Positions 39,231 to 49,656 of a stretch of DNA of 64,000 bases are shown here, piece after piece. A program made the position numbers and the translations under genes. Origin of the DNA: an uncultured Roseobacteraceae bacterium (GTDB taxonomy: Bacteria > Pseudomonadota > Alphaproteobacteria > Rhodobacterales > Rhodobacteraceae); NCBI GenBank assembly GCA_964021915.1, contig CAXHZK010000013.1, forward strand, positions 18 through 64,017, in the 5' to 3' direction. The notes under the pieces were generated by a model. The model searched no databases. It was not told where the DNA came from and saw only the letters and a program-made list of their open reading frames with translations. Every line of letters begins with the position of its first letter. Position 1 is the first letter of the stretch.

Positions 39231-39592
39231 CAGCTGTCGGCCTTTGCCTCGGAACCAGGCTGCCACATCTTTTCAAGCTGATAAAACTCGCGCACTTCGG
39301 GGCGGAATACATGCACGATAATATCACCTGTATCGACAAGCACCCAATCGCCCGAAATCTTGCCTTCGGTTTTGGACACGATCCCATAGGTCGCTTTGAT
39401 CTTTTCAGACAGCTTTTCGGCCATTGCGTTTACTTGACGCGATGAGCGACCCGAAGCGATGACCATATAGTCGCCGATCTCGGTCTTACCGCGCAGATCA
39501 ATCTGGAGAATATCTTCGCCTTTGTCGTCATTAAGCGATTCTAATACAGTTGCCAGCATGTCTTGGCTGGTCGGACGCTGGGCTGCGGTCAT
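39230..39592 (-). CDS. rsfS: Ribosome silencing factor (alternative in-frame CTG start at 39643)
   Basis: [39 protein letters not shown]; TGATG overlap with rlmH. Confidence 0.95.
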   Translation of the reverse strand: MTAAQRPTSQDMLATVLESLNDDKGEDILQIDLRGKTEIGDYMVIASGRSSRQVNAMAEKLSEKIKATYGIVSKTEGKISGDWVLVDTGDIIVHVFRPEVREFYQLEKMWQPGSEAKADS

Positions 39593-39782
39593 TGCGGCAG
39601 CCTCGGCAGTGGCCGCATTAGCGGCCGAAGTGGAAAGAGACAGAACATTGTCCTCCAAGGGGGTTGGGCGTGGCGCATTGCCATCGCGAGTTGCCCTTTA
39701 TTTAACAACCTCAGTTGCCGTTTTCAATATGTGAAACTCTTGATTGCGGGCCCTGTGACCGTAGCGCACCCGCAACATGGCA

Positions 39783-41150
39783 TTAATCGAATGCTTTTGC
39801 CTCAGGTGGTTTATTTTCCAACATCGTCACCTCGCGTTGCGGGAACGGGATGCTGATGCCGTGTTCGGCAAATTTGTCCCAAAGCGCAAGAAATACATTG
39901 CCCCTGATATTGGTCAGCCCGCCCGTCGGGTCCTTGATCCAGAACCGCAAAATATAATCAACCGAACTGTCGCCAAATCCGACAATATGACAAACAGTTG
40001 GACGCGACACCAACACACGATCAACCCCCTGAGCCGCCTCAATCGCAAGCTTTCTTACCTCATGCGGGTTGTCGCCATAAGCGGTGCCAAAATAGATATC
40101 GAGCCGGACAAAATCGTTGGAATGCGACCAGTTGACCACCTGACCAGTAATCAGGTCTTCGTTTGGGATCAGGTATTCCTTACCGTCGCGCGTGACGACC
40201 GACACATAACGCGCACCAAGCGAATTGATCCATCCAAACGTATCGCCAAGGCTGATAACGTCACCGGGTTTGATCGATTTATCGAGCAGGATGATGACAC
40301 CGGACACAAGGTTCGAAACAACCTTCTGCAAACCAAAACCAAGGCCAACACCAATGGCACCTGACAGAACAGCGAGGCCAGTCAAATCAATGCCAATAGC
40401 CTTCACGCCAATGAAAAACGCAGCGCCATATAGCGCGATTTGCAGCCCCTTGATGATCAGCACTTGCATTGACGGGCTGATGTCGTCGTTTGCCCTGACC
40501 TTCGACGCTGTTGTCGTCGTGGCAAATCTTGCCAAGGCAATGAGGACGCCAATGATGATTACGGCCTGCACGACCAAAAGCGCGGAAATGCGGAAATCAC
40601 CAATTTGGAACCCGATTTGGTGCAACCACCGCTCGGCCACGTCGAGCAGCCCCAAAATTTGTAACGACACATAGGTCCACGCAACCCACCGTACGGCCTG
40701 ACGCAGAAACTGCCCCTTGATGAGCCGTGTAACAAAAACAATCAGGAGCCATGCCAGCGCAAGCGTCGCAATAATGCCAAGCAAATAGGATCTGCTCGGC
40801 CATGTGATCTCTCGCATCACGCCGACAACCGTCCAGATAAGCGTGACATAGAATATAGCCCGCAATCTGCGGTGGATAACGGCCAAGATGCGCATACGCC
40901 ATTTCGGCCAGCCTTCGCGGCTCGCCATCCAATTGCGAATGGGGGCCTCAAATGCCATCCGCATCAGATGGGCAACAACAAACAGCCCAATGGCGATGGC
41001 GATTTGATAAAAATTCCAAGGCCGCAACATCGATGTGACGAACATCTCGGTTTGCTCAATCAAACTTTGCCCAGCACCGACCAATTGCTCTAGCTGATCT
41101 TCGATCGCTGCCGAGGTCTCAATTTGGTCTTGCGTATCGTGCTGCGCCAT
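39783..41150 (-). CDS. MscS-family mechanosensitive channel
   Basis: GVGLGFGLQKVVSN, IKPGDVI, LIPNE, SIPFPQRE. Confidence 0.93.
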   Translation of the reverse strand: MAQHDTQDQIETSAAIEDQLEQLVGAGQSLIEQTEMFVTSMLRPWNFYQIAIAIGLFVVAHLMRMAFEAPIRNWMASREGWPKWRMRILAVIHRRLRAIFYVTLIWTVVGVMREITWPSRSYLLGIIATLALAWLLIVFVTRLIKGQFLRQAVRWVAWTYVSLQILGLLDVAERWLHQIGFQIGDFRISALLVVQAVIIIGVLIALARFATTTTASKVRANDDISPSMQVLIIKGLQIALYGAAFFIGVKAIGIDLTGLAVLSGAIGVGLGFGLQKVVSNLVSGVIILLDKSIKPGDVISLGDTFGWINSLGARYVSVVTRDGKEYLIPNEDLITGQVVNWSHSNDFVRLDIYFGTAYGDNPHEVRKLAIEAAQGVDRVLVSRPTVCHIVGFGDSSVDYILRFWIKDPTGGLTNIRGNVFLALWDKFAEHGISIPFPQREVTMLENKPPEAKAFD

Positions 41151-41386
41151 TGTTTGCCCTTTTGTTCTACTGTGACATGCGCAATGTCATCCGACAAGCG
41201 ACAGCCCTTGCGAATTTGCCCTGCAATCTATAACTGAAGTGCCATGAGACCTGTTTTTGATATGGATGATCGTGCACGGCTGCCTTGGCGGTTCTATGGC
41301 GCGGCTTGCACAATTCTTGCGCGCGGCTAAACCCGCGCCAATCTCATCCACGTCTAACCTTCACACATATTATACGGGAGAGGACC

Positions 41387-42793
41387 ATGTCCCCCAAAAC
41401 GATCTATGATAAAATCTGGGATGCCCATGTCGCACATGAGGCTGAAGATGGCACTTGCTTGCTTTATATTGACCGCCACCTTGTCCACGAGGTGACATCA
41501 CCACAAGCGTTCGAAGGCTTGCGTATGGCTGGCCGCAAGGTGCGCCGCCCTGATCAAACAATCGCTGTCCCAGATCACAACGTGCCAACAACCGCTGGCC
41601 GTAACGATCCTAAAAACATGACCGAAGACAGCGCCATTCAGGTTGCTGCCTTGGACAAAAACGCCAAGGATTTCGGCATTCACTACTACCCAGTGTCTGA
41701 CGTGCGCCAAGGTGTCGTGCATATCGTTGGCCCTGAGCAGGGTTGGACATTGCCGGGCATGACTGTTGTTTGTGGTGACAGCCACACGGCGACACACGGC
41801 GCGTTTGGCTCGCTTGCCCACGGCATCGGCACATCCGAGGTTGAACATGTTCTGGCGACGCAAACGCTGATCCAGAAGAAATCCAAGAACATGAAAGTCG
41901 AAATCACTGGCAAGCTCGCGCCCGGAGTGACCGCTAAGGACATTACCATGGCCGTGATCGGCGAAACAGGCACTGCTGGTGGCACAGGCTACGTGATCGA
42001 ATATTGTGGTTCCGCGATCCGCGATTTGTCCATGGAAGGCCGCATGACGGTTTGTAACATGGCAATTGAGGGCGGCGCACGCGCTGGCCTGATCGCACCT
42101 GATCAAACAACATATGATTACTGCATGGGCCGCCCGCACGCACCAAAAGGTGCCGAATGGGAAGCCGCGATGACATATTGGAAAACGCTTTTCACCGACG
42201 AAGGCGCGCATTTCGACAAGGTCCTGACAATCAAAGGCGAAGACATCGCGCCGCTGGTCACATGGGGCACATCACCCGAAGACGTGCTGCCAATCACGAG
42301 CGTCGTGCCTGATCCGGCTTCGTTCGAGGGTGGCAAGGTCGACGCCGCTGCACGTTCCATCGACTACATGGGCCTGACGGTTGGTCAAAAACTGTCAGAC
42401 ATCGAAATCGATACCGTGTTCATCGGCTCTTGCACCAACGGCCGGATCGAAGATTTCCGCGCCGCTGCTGCAATCCTGAAGGGTAAAAAGATTAAAGACG
42501 GCCTACGCGCCATGGTCGTGCCCGGTTCTGGTCTTGTGCGTGCACAAGCCGAAGAAGAAGGCATCGCACAAGTGTTCAAAGATGCAGGCTTCGAATGGCG
42601 CCTTGCAGGCTGTTCCATGTGTCTGGCGATGAACCCAGATCAGTTGCAACCAGGTGAACGCTGTGCAGCCACATCCAATCGCAATTTTGAGGGTCGCCAA
42701 GGCCGTGGTGGGCGTACTCACCTCGTATCCCCTGCGATGGCCGCCGCTGCGGCGCTGACAGGTCGCCTGACTGACGTGCGGGACTTGATGTAA
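41387..42793 (+). CDS. leuC: 3-isopropylmalate dehydratase large subunit
   Basis: [33 protein letters not shown]; GGAGAGG RBS. Confidence 0.98.
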   Translation: MSPKTIYDKIWDAHVAHEAEDGTCLLYIDRHLVHEVTSPQAFEGLRMAGRKVRRPDQTIAVPDHNVPTTAGRNDPKNMTEDSAIQVAALDKNAKDFGIHYYPVSDVRQGVVHIVGPEQGWTLPGMTVVCGDSHTATHGAFGSLAHGIGTSEVEHVLATQTLIQKKSKNMKVEITGKLAPGVTAKDITMAVIGETGTAGGTGYVIEYCGSAIRDLSMEGRMTVCNMAIEGGARAGLIAPDQTTYDYCMGRPHAPKGAEWEAAMTYWKTLFTDEGAHFDKVLTIKGEDIAPLVTWGTSPEDVLPITSVVPDPASFEGGKVDAAARSIDYMGLTVGQKLSDIEIDTVFIGSCTNGRIEDFRAAAAILKGKKIKDGLRAMVVPGSGLVRAQAEEEGIAQVFKDAGFEWRLAGCSMCLAMNPDQLQPGERCAATSNRNFEGRQGRGGRTHLVSPAMAAAAALTGRLTDVRDLM

Positions 42794-42850
42794 TGCCCCT
42801 TTGCCAAAATACCCTCACAAACCCGCAAAATGCGGCACCGGAGAATGACA

Positions 42851-43456
42851 ATGCAAAAATTTGATAATCTGAGCGGCATTGCCGCGCCTATGCCGTTGGT
42901 CAACATCGACACAGATATGATCATCCCAAAGCAGTTTTTGAAAACGATCAAGCGGTCCGGCCTCGGCGCCAACCTGTTTGACGAAATGCGCTTTACGCTC
43001 GAAGGCGACGAAATCCCTGAATTCGTGCTGAACAAACCGCAATACCGCGATGCATCGATCCTTGTCGCAGGTGATAACTTTGGCTGTGGCTCTTCTCGCG
43101 AACATGCGCCTTGGGCGATTGCCGATTTCGGTATCCGCTGCGTGATTTCCACCAGCTTCGCCGACATCTTTTACAACAACTGTTTCAAGAACGGCATTCT
43201 GCCGATCGTTCTTCCTGAGGATCAGCGCGATGCTTTGATGCAGGATGCTGAAAAGGGCGCGAATGCGCGGATCGAAATTGATCTTGAGGCACAAACTGTA
43301 ACTGCGTCCGATGGCAGCGTGTTCAATTTCGACGTCGATGCATTCAAGAAGCATTGCTTGCTCAATGGTCTCGACGACATCGGCCTGACCATGGAAAAGG
43401 CGGCATCAATCGACACATTCGAATCGCAAGCAAGCGCGGCTCGCCCGTGGGTCTAA
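42851..43456 (+). CDS. leuD: 3-isopropylmalate dehydratase small subunit
   Basis: [34 protein letters not shown]. Confidence 0.98.
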   Translation: MQKFDNLSGIAAPMPLVNIDTDMIIPKQFLKTIKRSGLGANLFDEMRFTLEGDEIPEFVLNKPQYRDASILVAGDNFGCGSSREHAPWAIADFGIRCVISTSFADIFYNNCFKNGILPIVLPEDQRDALMQDAEKGANARIEIDLEAQTVTASDGSVFNFDVDAFKKHCLLNGLDDIGLTMEKAASIDTFESQASAARPWV

Positions 43457-43492
43457 CGACCGATTTGCTCTAAAGTCGTTACAATCGACACC

Positions 43493-43527
43493 AAAAACAC
43501 GGGCAAACAGCATTTGTCCGTGTTTTT
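43493..43527 (+). terminator. Intrinsic terminator after leuD
   Basis: aaaaacacgggcaaa-cagca-tttgtccgtgttttt. Confidence 0.8.
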
Positions 43528-43730
43528 CTTTGTCCAACTACATCTAGTAGCTCCCGCCATAACTTGTATTTTTGGCGAACGCGGCCGTTGCGCATCCGCA
43601 TCACTTTGGCATCCGGTGCCGCGCTAAATTTTCGTTCAAGCCCCTGAATTCTTGTCCAAATTGCCCCGCTCCGGCATGATTAAGGCAAGAATGAGGCAGC
43701 CACCTTTGGTGGATAAAAAACGGTAACACA

Positions 43731-44603
43731 ATGACAACGATCGCAAGCGGCAGCAGTGCTGTCTACAAACGTATCCCCGGCGCGGCATTGCGCGCGGTGC
43801 TTGTCTTATGGCTGGTGCTGATCCCTGCGCTAATCGCCCCCGCTGATCGCGTTGAAAACATGTTGGTCGTCGCCTTTGTTGCTGTCTTTGCTGCGGTGTT
43901 CACATTGGTTGAATACAGCTCCAACGCACCCAGCCTTGTCGAATTTCGCGCAGCCCCCCCATTTAACCGTCTGCGGTTTGTCAGTTTGATGCTCATCGTG
44001 TTTTGTCTATCGCACCTTGCGCGTGGGCTAGACGGTGCAGCAGGGTTTACATTGTTTGCCCATGCCATCGGGATCAAGATGGGGCAAATTGCCGACTTTC
44101 CATATTCTCCTGTGCGGCTGTTGATCTCTATCATGCCCGAGAGCACTGAAACGGCGCAGTTGATCCAGATGCGCACGATGGCTGGACTGTCCTACCTGAC
44201 TTCGATTGTTACGCTGTTGGCCTTTATCCTCGTGTTGCGGTTTCGTGGGTGGCCGCAGCGATCAGGCGTTTTCAATGTCTGGGTGAACCTGCCAACATTT
44301 GATCCAGCTGCTGGTGGCGATGTCGTGGACCGTTTGAACCGGGACAGCATGTTCAATTTGATCCTTGGTTTCTTGTTGCCGTTCATTTTGGCGGCGATCG
44401 GCAAGATAGCAAATGACTTCGTTCAGCCGATCACGATCACAAGCTCTCATACGCTTATTTGGATGATTACATTATGGGCATTCTTGCCGCTTTGTCTGTT
44501 GATGCGCGGCGTTGCCCTCGCACGGGTTGCTCAAATGATCTACGTCCAGCGCAAACGGGCTTTCGCTCGGGCGTCGCGCTCTGGGTCGCAGCAATTGGTC
44601 TAA
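43731..44603 (+). CDS. Hypothetical integral membrane protein
   Basis: 290 aa with several hydrophobic segments and motifs EFRAAPPFNRLRF, YSPVRL, FNVWVNLPTFDP; no family recognised. Confidence 0.8.
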   Translation: MTTIASGSSAVYKRIPGAALRAVLVLWLVLIPALIAPADRVENMLVVAFVAVFAAVFTLVEYSSNAPSLVEFRAAPPFNRLRFVSLMLIVFCLSHLARGLDGAAGFTLFAHAIGIKMGQIADFPYSPVRLLISIMPESTETAQLIQMRTMAGLSYLTSIVTLLAFILVLRFRGWPQRSGVFNVWVNLPTFDPAAGGDVVDRLNRDSMFNLILGFLLPFILAAIGKIANDFVQPITITSSHTLIWMITLWAFLPLCLLMRGVALARVAQMIYVQRKRAFARASRSGSQQLV

Positions 44604-45628
44604 TAACTGGGCAAGCTTCTGCGAATGAAATTCGCGTTGCAACTTTTGCAGCCCCGCTCAGCCGCGACGGGCCGACCTTGCTACTGCGTGACATCATGCG
44701 CGGGGACGATCAAATTACAGCAATTCTCGCGATCATCGCGCAGGTTGATCCCGATATTATCTTGCTGACGGATTTTGATTACGATCTGGATCAGGTCGCT
44801 TTGGGCGCTTTCGCGCAAAAGGCCGCATTCCCCTTTCATTTTTCCCTGCCTCCCAATGCCGGAATTGCCACGGGGCTTGATCTCGATGGCAACGGCTATC
44901 TTGGCGATGCACGCGATGCGCAGGGCTATGGCCGGTTCAAGGGCGATGGCGGCATGGCGATCCTGTCCAAACTGGCGATTAACGAAAGCGGCGTTCAGGA
45001 TTATTCGCCAATGCGTTGGCGCGACTTGGCAGGTGCGACCCTTCCTTCGGTCAGTGGTGCGCCATTTCCCAGTGCACAGGCGCAGGAAATTCAACGCCTG
45101 TCGAGCAACGGACATTGGATCGTGCCATTTCAGCCTGAGGGCATGGCACCGTTTTCACTATTGGCTTTTGACGCTACGCCACCCGTGTTCGACGGGCCAG
45201 AGGACATGAATGGCCTTCGCAATCGCGATGAATTGCGCTTGATTTCCTATATGATCGACCAAATAGAAGGCCCGTTTATCGTCGCAGGCAACAGCAATCT
45301 GGATCCGTCGGATGGTGATGGCATGTCCGCCGCGATGGATGCGTTTTTAAGCCGCGCTGATCTGCTTGATCCTTTTCCAAGCAGTTTGGGCGGTATGGTG
45401 GCGGCGGACCCCGCGCACATTGGCGACCCTCGCTATGATACCGTAGACTGGCCCTCGGATGGACCGGGAAACTTGCGTGTGTCCTATGTCTTGCCAAGTG
45501 TGGAATGGGCGGTTTCGGATGCGGGTGTAACCTGGCCCGCGCCGGATGATCCCGCTGCCGCCTTACTGGGTGAGGATGGGCTCCTTGCAGGCGCGCATAG
45601 GCTCGTTTGGGTCGACATTCAGCACTAG
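44459..45628 (+). CDS. Endonuclease/exonuclease/phosphatase family protein, probably exported (start uncertain)
   Basis: IRVATF, DPDIILLTDFDYD, TPPVFDG, GNSNLDP, LRVSYVLPS, HRLVWVDI. Confidence 0.85.
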   Translation: MDDYIMGILAALSVDARRCPRTGCSNDLRPAQTGFRSGVALWVAAIGLITGQASANEIRVATFAAPLSRDGPTLLLRDIMRGDDQITAILAIIAQVDPDIILLTDFDYDLDQVALGAFAQKAAFPFHFSLPPNAGIATGLDLDGNGYLGDARDAQGYGRFKGDGGMAILSKLAINESGVQDYSPMRWRDLAGATLPSVSGAPFPSAQAQEIQRLSSNGHWIVPFQPEGMAPFSLLAFDATPPVFDGPEDMNGLRNRDELRLISYMIDQIEGPFIVAGNSNLDPSDGDGMSAAMDAFLSRADLLDPFPSSLGGMVAADPAHIGDPRYDTVDWPSDGPGNLRVSYVLPSVEWAVSDAGVTWPAPDDPAAALLGEDGLLAGAHRLVWVDIQH

Positions 45629-45706
45629 GTTTCTCTCTGGTATCTTGATCAAAACCTCGTTGCACGCTAGGGCAGGGCAACTCTTATTTCTTGCAAAGGA
45701 CGCAAT

Positions 45707-46813
45707 ATGTCTAACCCTTCTCTTTTGATCCTCGCCGGTGACGGCATCGGCCCTGAAGTTATGGATCAGGTCAAACGTATTATCGGTTGGTTCGGCGACA
45801 AGCGTGACTTGGCATTCGACGTATCAGAAGACCTCGTTGGTGGCGCTGCTTATGACAAGCACGGCGTACCGCTACATGATGACACGATGGCCAAGGCCCA
45901 AGACGTCGACGCAGTATTGCTCGGCGCAGTCGGCGGACCCGCCTATGACGACCTTGATTTCAGCGTAAAGCCAGAGCGTGGCCTTCTGCGTTTGCGCAAG
46001 GAAATGGATCTCTTTGCAAACCTGCGCCCAGCTCAGTGCTTTGATGCGTTGGCTGACTTTTCATCCTTGAAAAAAGACATCGTTGCAGGCCTCGACATTA
46101 TGATCGTGCGCGAACTGACGTCTGGTGTTTACTTCGGTGAACCACGCGGCATCCACGTTGAAAACAACGAACGCGTCGGCATCAATACGCAACGCTATAC
46201 CGAATCCGAGATTGCCCGCGCCGCCCGCGCTGCATTCGAATTGGCACGTAAACGCGGCAACAAAGTTTGCTCCATGGAAAAGGCCAACGTCATGGAATCT
46301 GGCATTCTATGGCGTGACGTGGTGAACGAAATCCATCAGGCCGAATATGCCGATGTCGAACTGTCCCACATGTATGCGGACAACGGTGCAATGCAATTGG
46401 TTCGCGCGCCGAAGCAATTCGACGTGATCCTGACGGACAACTTGTTTGGTGATATTCTTTCTGATTGCGCCGCGATGTTGACCGGATCTTTGGGCATGTT
46501 GCCGTCCGCTTCGCTCGGTGCGCCAATGGCAAATGGTCGACCCAAGGCGATGTATGAACCGGTACACGGTTCAGCGCCTGACATTTCCGGCCAAGGCAAA
46601 GCGAACCCGATCGCTTGCATCCTGTCCTTCGCTATGGCGCTTCGCTACTCGTTTGACCAAGGCGAAGAGGCGACCCGCCTCGAGGCCGCGATTGAAAAAG
46701 TGCTTGCCGACGGTGCCCGCACTGGTGACCTGATGGGCCCAGAAGGCGGCACACCTTTGTCCACAACTCAAATGGGTGATGTCATCCTCAAGGCGCTCGA
46801 CGCGTCACTATAA
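45707..46813 (+). CDS. leuB: 3-isopropylmalate dehydrogenase
   Basis: [35 protein letters not shown]. Confidence 0.98.
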   Translation: MSNPSLLILAGDGIGPEVMDQVKRIIGWFGDKRDLAFDVSEDLVGGAAYDKHGVPLHDDTMAKAQDVDAVLLGAVGGPAYDDLDFSVKPERGLLRLRKEMDLFANLRPAQCFDALADFSSLKKDIVAGLDIMIVRELTSGVYFGEPRGIHVENNERVGINTQRYTESEIARAARAAFELARKRGNKVCSMEKANVMESGILWRDVVNEIHQAEYADVELSHMYADNGAMQLVRAPKQFDVILTDNLFGDILSDCAAMLTGSLGMLPSASLGAPMANGRPKAMYEPVHGSAPDISGQGKANPIACILSFAMALRYSFDQGEEATRLEAAIEKVLADGARTGDLMGPEGGTPLSTTQMGDVILKALDASL

Positions 46814-46966
46814 GCTAATCAGGCAGCCAAATAATTGAACCCCGGTCACCCGTGGAATTCATAATTTGGCTGCCGCACGACCCGCGTATCGTGCACAGGA
46901 TTTTGCAGGCTGGATTTCGACAGTCTGACAATCGCATGATCTAAACATAGGAAAGCAGGGGTTTTT

Positions 46967-47929
46967 ATGTCTGGAAATTTACGCGGTGTTCTATTTGCGC
47001 TCGCAGCCTTTGCAGTATTTTCGACCCATGATGTCGCGATCAAGGTGCTCGGCGGAAGCTATTCGCCGATCCAAATCGTATTTTTCTCTGTTTTGCTATC
47101 CTTCCCGCTAGCCACGGTCATGTTGATGCGCGACAGCACCCAAGGTACGCTGATCCCGCGGCATCCTTGGTGGGTGGCGCTTCGCACGCTTGCGGCCGTG
47201 GTGACGGGATTTTCGATCTTTTACGCCTTTTCCCACCTGCCGCTTGCGCAAGTCTACGCCATTCTCTTTGCCTCTCCTTTGCTGATTACCGTTTTGGCGA
47301 TCCCTGTATTGGGAGAGGTCGTTCGTCTCCGGCGCTGGGTTGCTGTCATTGTCGGGTTGTTGGGCGTTTTCATCGTCTTACGACCCGGGCAAACCGATTT
47401 GACTTTGGGGCATTTCGCGGCACTTGCGGGCGCGATCGGTAGTGCGGTTGCGTCCATCATTGTGCGGAAAATCGGATCCGAGGAACGGCCCGTTGTGATG
47501 CTTCTTTACCCGATGGTTGCGAATTTCACTGTTATGGCGTTCTTGCTGCCAACTGTCTACAAACCCATGCCGATTGAACATTTGGGCCTGTTAGGCGTTG
47601 TTGCTGTGCTCGCTTGGACTGCCAGCCGTTTCATTATCAGCGCCTATCAAAACGGTGAGGCCGCAATCATCGCACCCATGCAATACAGTCAAATCGTCTG
47701 GGCGAGTATTTATGGCTTTTTCTTCTTTGGTGAAGTTGTCGATTTCCAAACAGGTCTCGGTGCTTTGATCATCATTGCCAGCGGTGTCTACATTGTCTTG
47801 CGAGAGAGCAGGGCGGATGCATCTAACAATACGCCGGTTTTGCGCACACGTTCCCGCGGCGATACCGCAGCCAGCCCTCGGGTCAGTGTGTTGATGCGCG
47901 CGATAGGTAAAATTCCGCCCCGCCAATAG
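46967..47929 (+). CDS. DMT/EamA family transporter
   Basis: Two EamA repeats; LGEVVRLRRW, IAPMQYSQIVWA. Confidence 0.92.
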   Translation: MSGNLRGVLFALAAFAVFSTHDVAIKVLGGSYSPIQIVFFSVLLSFPLATVMLMRDSTQGTLIPRHPWWVALRTLAAVVTGFSIFYAFSHLPLAQVYAILFASPLLITVLAIPVLGEVVRLRRWVAVIVGLLGVFIVLRPGQTDLTLGHFAALAGAIGSAVASIIVRKIGSEERPVVMLLYPMVANFTVMAFLLPTVYKPMPIEHLGLLGVVAVLAWTASRFIISAYQNGEAAIIAPMQYSQIVWASIYGFFFFGEVVDFQTGLGALIIIASGVYIVLRESRADASNNTPVLRTRSRGDTAASPRVSVLMRAIGKIPPRQ

Positions 47930-47934
47930 CCCAG

Positions 47935-49551
47935 TTAATCGAGGGGAACCGCGCTAAAGCTGTCTGCCTTTGCTCGGTTCCAGCGGCTTCGGTAACCCCA
48001 ATCGCCACCGTCATCATCCAATAAAAACCCATGTGGCAAATAGCGGTAAACTTCTTGGCCCTCGACCATTGTGCCGTCGCTTTTGCGTGTCATGAAATGA
48101 TAGGGTAGAAAATCGCGTGGATCGTGCAATCCTGCGGCCCCTGCCATTTCGCCAAGCGCCTTCATCGTGTTGTCGTGGAAACGCGCAACGCGCCGTGATT
48201 TATCACCAACTTTCAACGCTTTCTGGCGCTCCGGGTCCTGCGTGGTGACGCCAACAGGGCAATGATTGGTATGACACGCCTGCGCCTGAATGCAGCCAAT
48301 CGCAAACATATAGCCACGCGCCGAGTTGCACCAATCAGCGCCCAGCGAAAGCGCGTGCGCGATGTCAAATGCTGATACCAATTTACCTGCCGCCCCAATG
48401 CGCACACGGTTGCGCAAATTCGCGCCGCGCAGGGTGTTATGAACAAACGTCAGCCCTTCAACCATCGGCATGCCCACGTGGTTTGCAAACTCTAGCGGCG
48501 CCGCACCAGTGCCGCCCTCTGTCCCGTCCACCACGACAAAATCGGGCACGATACCCGTTTCCAACATGGCCTTCACAATACACATGAATTCGCGCCGGTG
48601 CCCGATGCACAGCTTAAATCCGACGGGCTTGCCATCTGACAATTCGCGCAACCTTCCGATAAATTTCATCAGGCCAATCGGGTCTGAAAATTCGGGGTGC
48701 GCCGCAGGGGACACACAATCAACACCCATCGGGATGTCTCTTGCCTCTGCAATTTCTTCGGTGATTTTTGATGCGGGCAACATCCCACCATGGCCGGGTT
48801 TCGCGCCTTGGCTGAGCTTGAGCTCGATCATTTTGACCTGATCGCTCGCAGCATGCTTGGCGAATTTTTCACCATTGAACGAACCGTCTTCATTCCGACA
48901 CCCAAAGTAGCCGGATCCAATTTCATAAATCAGGTCACCACCACCCGCGCGGTGGTAACGGCTAATGCCCCCTTCGCCCGTATCATGGGCAAATCCGCCC
49001 GCCTTTGCGCCACTATTAAGAGCCGAAATCGCATTCGCGGAAAGCGATCCGAATGACATCGCGGAAATATTGTAAAGTGAGGCGCTATAAGGCTGCTTGC
49101 AATCGGGGCCACCTATCGTGACGCGAAAATCATGATCATCAAAATGAACAGGCACGACAGAATGGGTCAACCAACTATATCCCGCTTCGTAGACTTTTTC
49201 TTGCGTGCCAAATGGCCGCTTATCCTCGTCACCCTTTGCGCGTTGATAAACCAATGATCTGGCTTCTCGGCTAAATGGCTGCTCTTCCTTGTCGCCCTCG
49301 ATCAAATATTGCCGAATTTCGGGGCGAATTTTTTCAAATAGATAGCGGGCATGGCCAAGTACGGGATAGTTCCGCAGGATCGCGTGGCTATCTTGCATCA
49401 TGTCCCGAATGCCGAGCGCCGTAAGAGCAGCAAAAATCAATGCTGGCACCCAAAGCCAATTTTGCCACGGCATCAGGACCAAGCAAATGACAGTCAACAC
49501 CGCCACAGCGGTGAACACAAAATAACGTTCTTCGGTAATGAGTTTGATCAC
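47935..49551 (-). CDS. FMN-binding glutamate synthase family protein with N-terminal TM helices
   Basis: ISAMSFGSLS, DTGEGG, IELKLSQGAKPG, GTGAAP, CIQAQACHTNHCP cluster; GTG start. Confidence 0.92.
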   Translation of the reverse strand: MIKLITEERYFVFTAVAVLTVICLVLMPWQNWLWVPALIFAALTALGIRDMMQDSHAILRNYPVLGHARYLFEKIRPEIRQYLIEGDKEEQPFSREARSLVYQRAKGDEDKRPFGTQEKVYEAGYSWLTHSVVPVHFDDHDFRVTIGGPDCKQPYSASLYNISAMSFGSLSANAISALNSGAKAGGFAHDTGEGGISRYHRAGGGDLIYEIGSGYFGCRNEDGSFNGEKFAKHAASDQVKMIELKLSQGAKPGHGGMLPASKITEEIAEARDIPMGVDCVSPAAHPEFSDPIGLMKFIGRLRELSDGKPVGFKLCIGHRREFMCIVKAMLETGIVPDFVVVDGTEGGTGAAPLEFANHVGMPMVEGLTFVHNTLRGANLRNRVRIGAAGKLVSAFDIAHALSLGADWCNSARGYMFAIGCIQAQACHTNHCPVGVTTQDPERQKALKVGDKSRRVARFHDNTMKALGEMAGAAGLHDPRDFLPYHFMTRKSDGTMVEGQEVYRYLPHGFLLDDDGGDWGYRSRWNRAKADSFSAVPLD

Positions 49552-49656
49552 TGTTTCCGGCCTTTGCGGTTGGTGCGGTCCTGCCCAGCCTAGGACGGTT
49601 TTTCCAACAACAAAAGTATCTTGCACATTTTCTGTAACGAAGGCGTTAATGCCGCG

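Noticed and set aside
41272-41284. gtgcacggctgcc resembles the hairpin arm gtgcacggtgcc at 16876-16887
   Set aside because: Short, gapped match with no partner arm; expected by chance in GC-rich DNA.
41244-41330. Classical leucine attenuator
   Set aside because: No run of Leu codons and no terminator with a T tract; kept only as a non-classical leader candidate.
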